Shown here piece after piece: positions 62,042-64,000 of a stretch of DNA of 64,000 nt. The stretch lies in contig CAVQSQ010000024.1 in assembly GCA_963715955.1 (NCBI GenBank), forward strand, positions 7,139 to 71,138, in the 5' to 3' direction. Under the pieces are notes generated by a model. It saw only the letters and a program-made list of their open reading frames with translations. It was not told the origin of the DNA and did no database searches. Position 1 is the stretch's first letter, and each line of letters begins with the position of its first letter. The translations under genes and the position numbers were made by a program. Origin of the DNA: Candidatus Sulfomarinibacteraceae bacterium (lineage in GTDB: Bacteria > Acidobacteriota > Thermoanaerobaculia > Thermoanaerobaculales > Sulfomarinibacteraceae).

Positions 62042-62592
62042 AGGACGTCCTGACCGATGTTGAAAAACGGATGGCTTCCGCGGTCGAGGCCTATCAGCAC
62101 GAGTTGGCGAAGCTGCGAACCGGCCGCGCCTCGCTGGCGGTGGTGGACGGAATCCAGGTCGACTATTACGGCGTCCAGACCCCGCTCAACCAGGTTGCGA
62201 CGCTGTCGGTTCCTGATCCGTCGACCATCACCATTGCGCCCTGGGAACCGAAAGTGCTGGCAGAGGTCGAAAAGGCGATTCTGCGCTCCAACCTCGGCCT
62301 CACACCCAACAACGACGGGCGGGTCATTCGCCTCAATATCCCGGCGCTCACCGAGGACCGCCGCAAAAGCCTCGTCAAGGTTGCCCACGAGGTCGCCGAG
62401 GGCTCCCGCAATTCGATCCGCCAGGTCCGGCGCGATGGCAACGACCGCTTCAAGCAGATGGAGAAGGACAAAGAGATCTCCGAGGACCAGATGCACGACG
62501 GTCAGGAGCAGGTTCAGAAGCTGACCGACACCTACATCGAGAAGATCAACACGATCCTCAAGAAGAAAGAGACCGAGATCCTCGAGGTCTGA
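62038..62592 (+). CDS. frr: Ribosome recycling factor
   Basis: ATGA overlap with pyrH. LRTGRAS..L..I.VDYYG, IPALTEDRR. Confidence 0.95.
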   Translation: MKDVLTDVEKRMASAVEAYQHELAKLRTGRASLAVVDGIQVDYYGVQTPLNQVATLSVPDPSTITIAPWEPKVLAEVEKAILRSNLGLTPNNDGRVIRLNIPALTEDRRKSLVKVAHEVAEGSRNSIRQVRRDGNDRFKQMEKDKEISEDQMHDGQEQVQKLTDTYIEKINTILKKKETEILEV

Positions 62593-62624
62593 CACCCGGG
62601 GCTGTGGGCTGTGGGCTATGAGTT

Positions 62625-62823
62625 GAGCTTCTTGCAATATTCAATGCGGGCGGGGATAAACCCCGCCCCTACGGTTTTCAGACACGCGGACGGGGTTGAG
62701 ACAAACCTAGCCCTTGCAGGCACATGCCGTCCTCAAAGTCGTAGGGGAGGGGTTTATCCCCTCCCATTCGGGTCTTTCTGTGCCGCGATTCTTCTGACCT
62801 GCGGATGTTTTTGCAAGAGGTTT
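62625..62823. repeat. MITE/REP-like composite element: same TIR family as 36040..36120, with two inverted copies of the GC hairpin
   Basis: GAGCTTCTTGCAA (62625-37) pairs with TTGCAAGAGGTTT (62811-23). GCGGGCGGGGATAAACCCCGCCCCTAC (62646-72) is the reverse complement of the 36070 core. The variant GTAGGGGAGGGGTTTATCCCCTCCC spans 62741-65. Confidence 0.65.
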
Positions 62824-62890
62824 AGCTGTGAGCTGTGACCCAACCTCCGCGTCTGATCAGGATGGCTTTCCCCAAGGCTCGGTATCAGAC

Positions 62891-62925
62891 AATTCAAAAT
62901 TCAAAATTCAAAATTCAAAATTGTG
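62891..62925. repeat. Heptanucleotide tandem array (AATTCAA x4 + AATTGTG)
   Basis: Read directly. The last unit contains the in-frame TTG (62921) proposed as the ispD start. Confidence 0.85.
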
Positions 62926-63589
62926 CTTCGTCTGCGTCGGCGCCGGTCGAGGATCCCGATTCGGCGGCGACAAGCTGGCGCAGGCGCTCGGAGATCGAAC
63001 GGTTCTCGAGGCGGCCCTCGGCGCTCTGGTGACGGCGTTTCCGGCGGCCCCGCTCGTAGTGGTGGTCGCACCGGAACGACTGCAGGATTGGCGCACTCGA
63101 CTTCGCCCGGATTTCCCCGAAGCGTTGCTGGTGGGCGGCGGCGAGAGGAGACAGGATTCGGTCCGCGCCGGCGTGGACGCTGCAATTGCTCTCGGCGCCG
63201 AGGTGGTGGCGATCCACGACGCCGCCAGACCACTCGTGGATCCCCGGGATGTCGTGAGCGTGGTCAACGGACTCGGCGGGGCGGACGGCGCCATTTTGAC
63301 CGCGCGGGTTTCCGATACGGTCAAGGAGGTCGGCGAAGACGATCTCGTGGTCGGGACCCTGGATCGAGAAGGCCTCCGCCTGGCGCTCACGCCCCAGGTC
63401 TTCCGGGTGGCCTCCTTACAGAAGGCCTGGGAGACGACCGGCGGCGAAAGCGAGCGGACGGACGAGTCGAGCCTGCTTGAAATCGCGGGAATGCGTGTTT
63501 CGAGCGTGATCGCGCGCCATCCGAATCCGAAGGTCACGACACTGTCAGACCTCCACGAGATCCGGGCCCTTGCGGAGGTCGCCGGGTGA
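62921..63589 (+). CDS. ispD: 2-C-methyl-D-erythritol 4-phosphate cytidylyltransferase
   Basis: VGAGRGSRFGGDK N-terminal motif, VAIHDAARP, LTPQVF. The TTG start is inferred; the ORF is open back to a GTG at 62828. Confidence 0.8.
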   Translation: MCFVCVGAGRGSRFGGDKLAQALGDRTVLEAALGALVTAFPAAPLVVVVAPERLQDWRTRLRPDFPEALLVGGGERRQDSVRAGVDAAIALGAEVVAIHDAARPLVDPRDVVSVVNGLGGADGAILTARVSDTVKEVGEDDLVVGTLDREGLRLALTPQVFRVASLQKAWETTGGESERTDESSLLEIAGMRVSSVIARHPNPKVTTLSDLHEIRALAEVAG

Positions 63590-64000
63590 CCCGGTTGAGG
63601 ATCGGCCAGGGCATCGATGTCCATCGATTCGCAGAAGGGCGCCCGCTGGTTCTGTGTGGTCACCGTATCGCAGGCGAGGCAGGCCTCGAGGGGCACTCGG
63701 ATGCCGATGTCGCGCTGCACGCCGTGGCTGATGCCATCCTCGGAGCGGTCGCGGGTGGGGACATCGGAGAACACTTCCCCGACGGTGATGCGGCGTGGTA
63801 CGGGGCCGATTCATCGGCGTTCGTATCCGGGGCGCTCGAACGGGCCGCGGCGGCCGGGTTCGCGGTGGTCAACTGCGACCTGACCATCGTCGGCGAACGG
63901 CCGCGGATCGCACCCCACCGGTCAGAGCTTCGGTCATCACTCGCCGCCATCCTCGGGCTCGCGGTGGACGTTGTCTCGGTGAAGGCGACGACCACCGACA
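63586..64000 (+). CDS. ispF: 2-C-methyl-D-erythritol 2,4-cyclodiphosphate synthase, 3' end outside window
   Basis: Own translation from the GTG at 63586 (GTGA overlap with ispD): RIGQGIDVHRF..GHSDADVALHAV.DAILGA...GDIGEHFP...VKATTTD. Not listed in the ORF track because no stop lies in the window. Confidence 0.85.
   Translation, partial: MTRLRIGQGIDVHRFAEGRPLVLCGHRIAGEAGLEGHSDADVALHAVADAILGAVAGGDIGEHFPDGDAAWYGADSSAFVSGALERAAAAGFAVVNCDLTIVGERPRIAPHRSELRSSLAAILGLAVDVVSVKATTTD

Noticed and set aside
62828-62920. GTG at 62828 as the ispD start
   Set aside because: It would translate MITE flank and heptad-repeat sequence. The IspD family N-terminus aligns from the TTG at 62921. It cannot be fully excluded.

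Overview
GC-rich bacterial chromosomal window of mostly housekeeping and envelope genes. About 60 protein genes are supported. An Acidobacteriota-like origin is inferred only from gene content: VWFA-type secreted proteins, a CarboxypepD_reg-type TonB receptor and the futalosine pathway.

Gene content, in order:
- ychF, tldD/pmbA, and a pccB-accC-BCCP acyl-CoA carboxylase.
- Two VWA secreted proteins, a TonB-dependent receptor, and two AlkP-superfamily/TPR fusion proteins.
- An ECF sigma/anti-sigma pair, then yceD-rpmF-plsX-fabD-fabG.
- A futalosine radical-SAM gene (MqnE/MqnC family) and rho.
- A second ECF sigma next to a six-gene fatty-acid-modification operon: FAD oxidoreductase, DUF1365, two CFA-synthase paralogs, CIA30 and a small ORF.
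- A cysteine synthase-glutaredoxin fusion.
- tRNA-Ala(GGC) divergent from tRNA-Sec (selC).
- pilB-pilT-pilC-pilS-pilR, then heptose-LPS genes (waaC-like, hldC, hldA).
- rplM-rpsI-rpsB-tsf-pyrH-frr, then ispD-ispF.

No CRISPR array, prophage, transposase or recognisable defence system was seen.

Structure the genes do not explain:
1. A family of AT-rich, exactly 7-bp-period tandem arrays sits in at least six intergenic gaps. Several start at or within 6 nt of a stop codon. One exactly fills a 28-nt intercistronic gap. One inverted pair brackets a promoter.
2. MITE/REP-like palindromic elements are built on GTAGGGGCGGGGTTTATCCCCGCCC hairpins with GCCTCTTGCAA terminal inverted repeats.
3. Six single-nucleotide frame disruptions are confined to 31.3-44.1 kb and include rho. 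Consensus errors are the most likely cause, but this needs read-level checking.

All calls come from reading the sequence and ORF translations. No searches were run.
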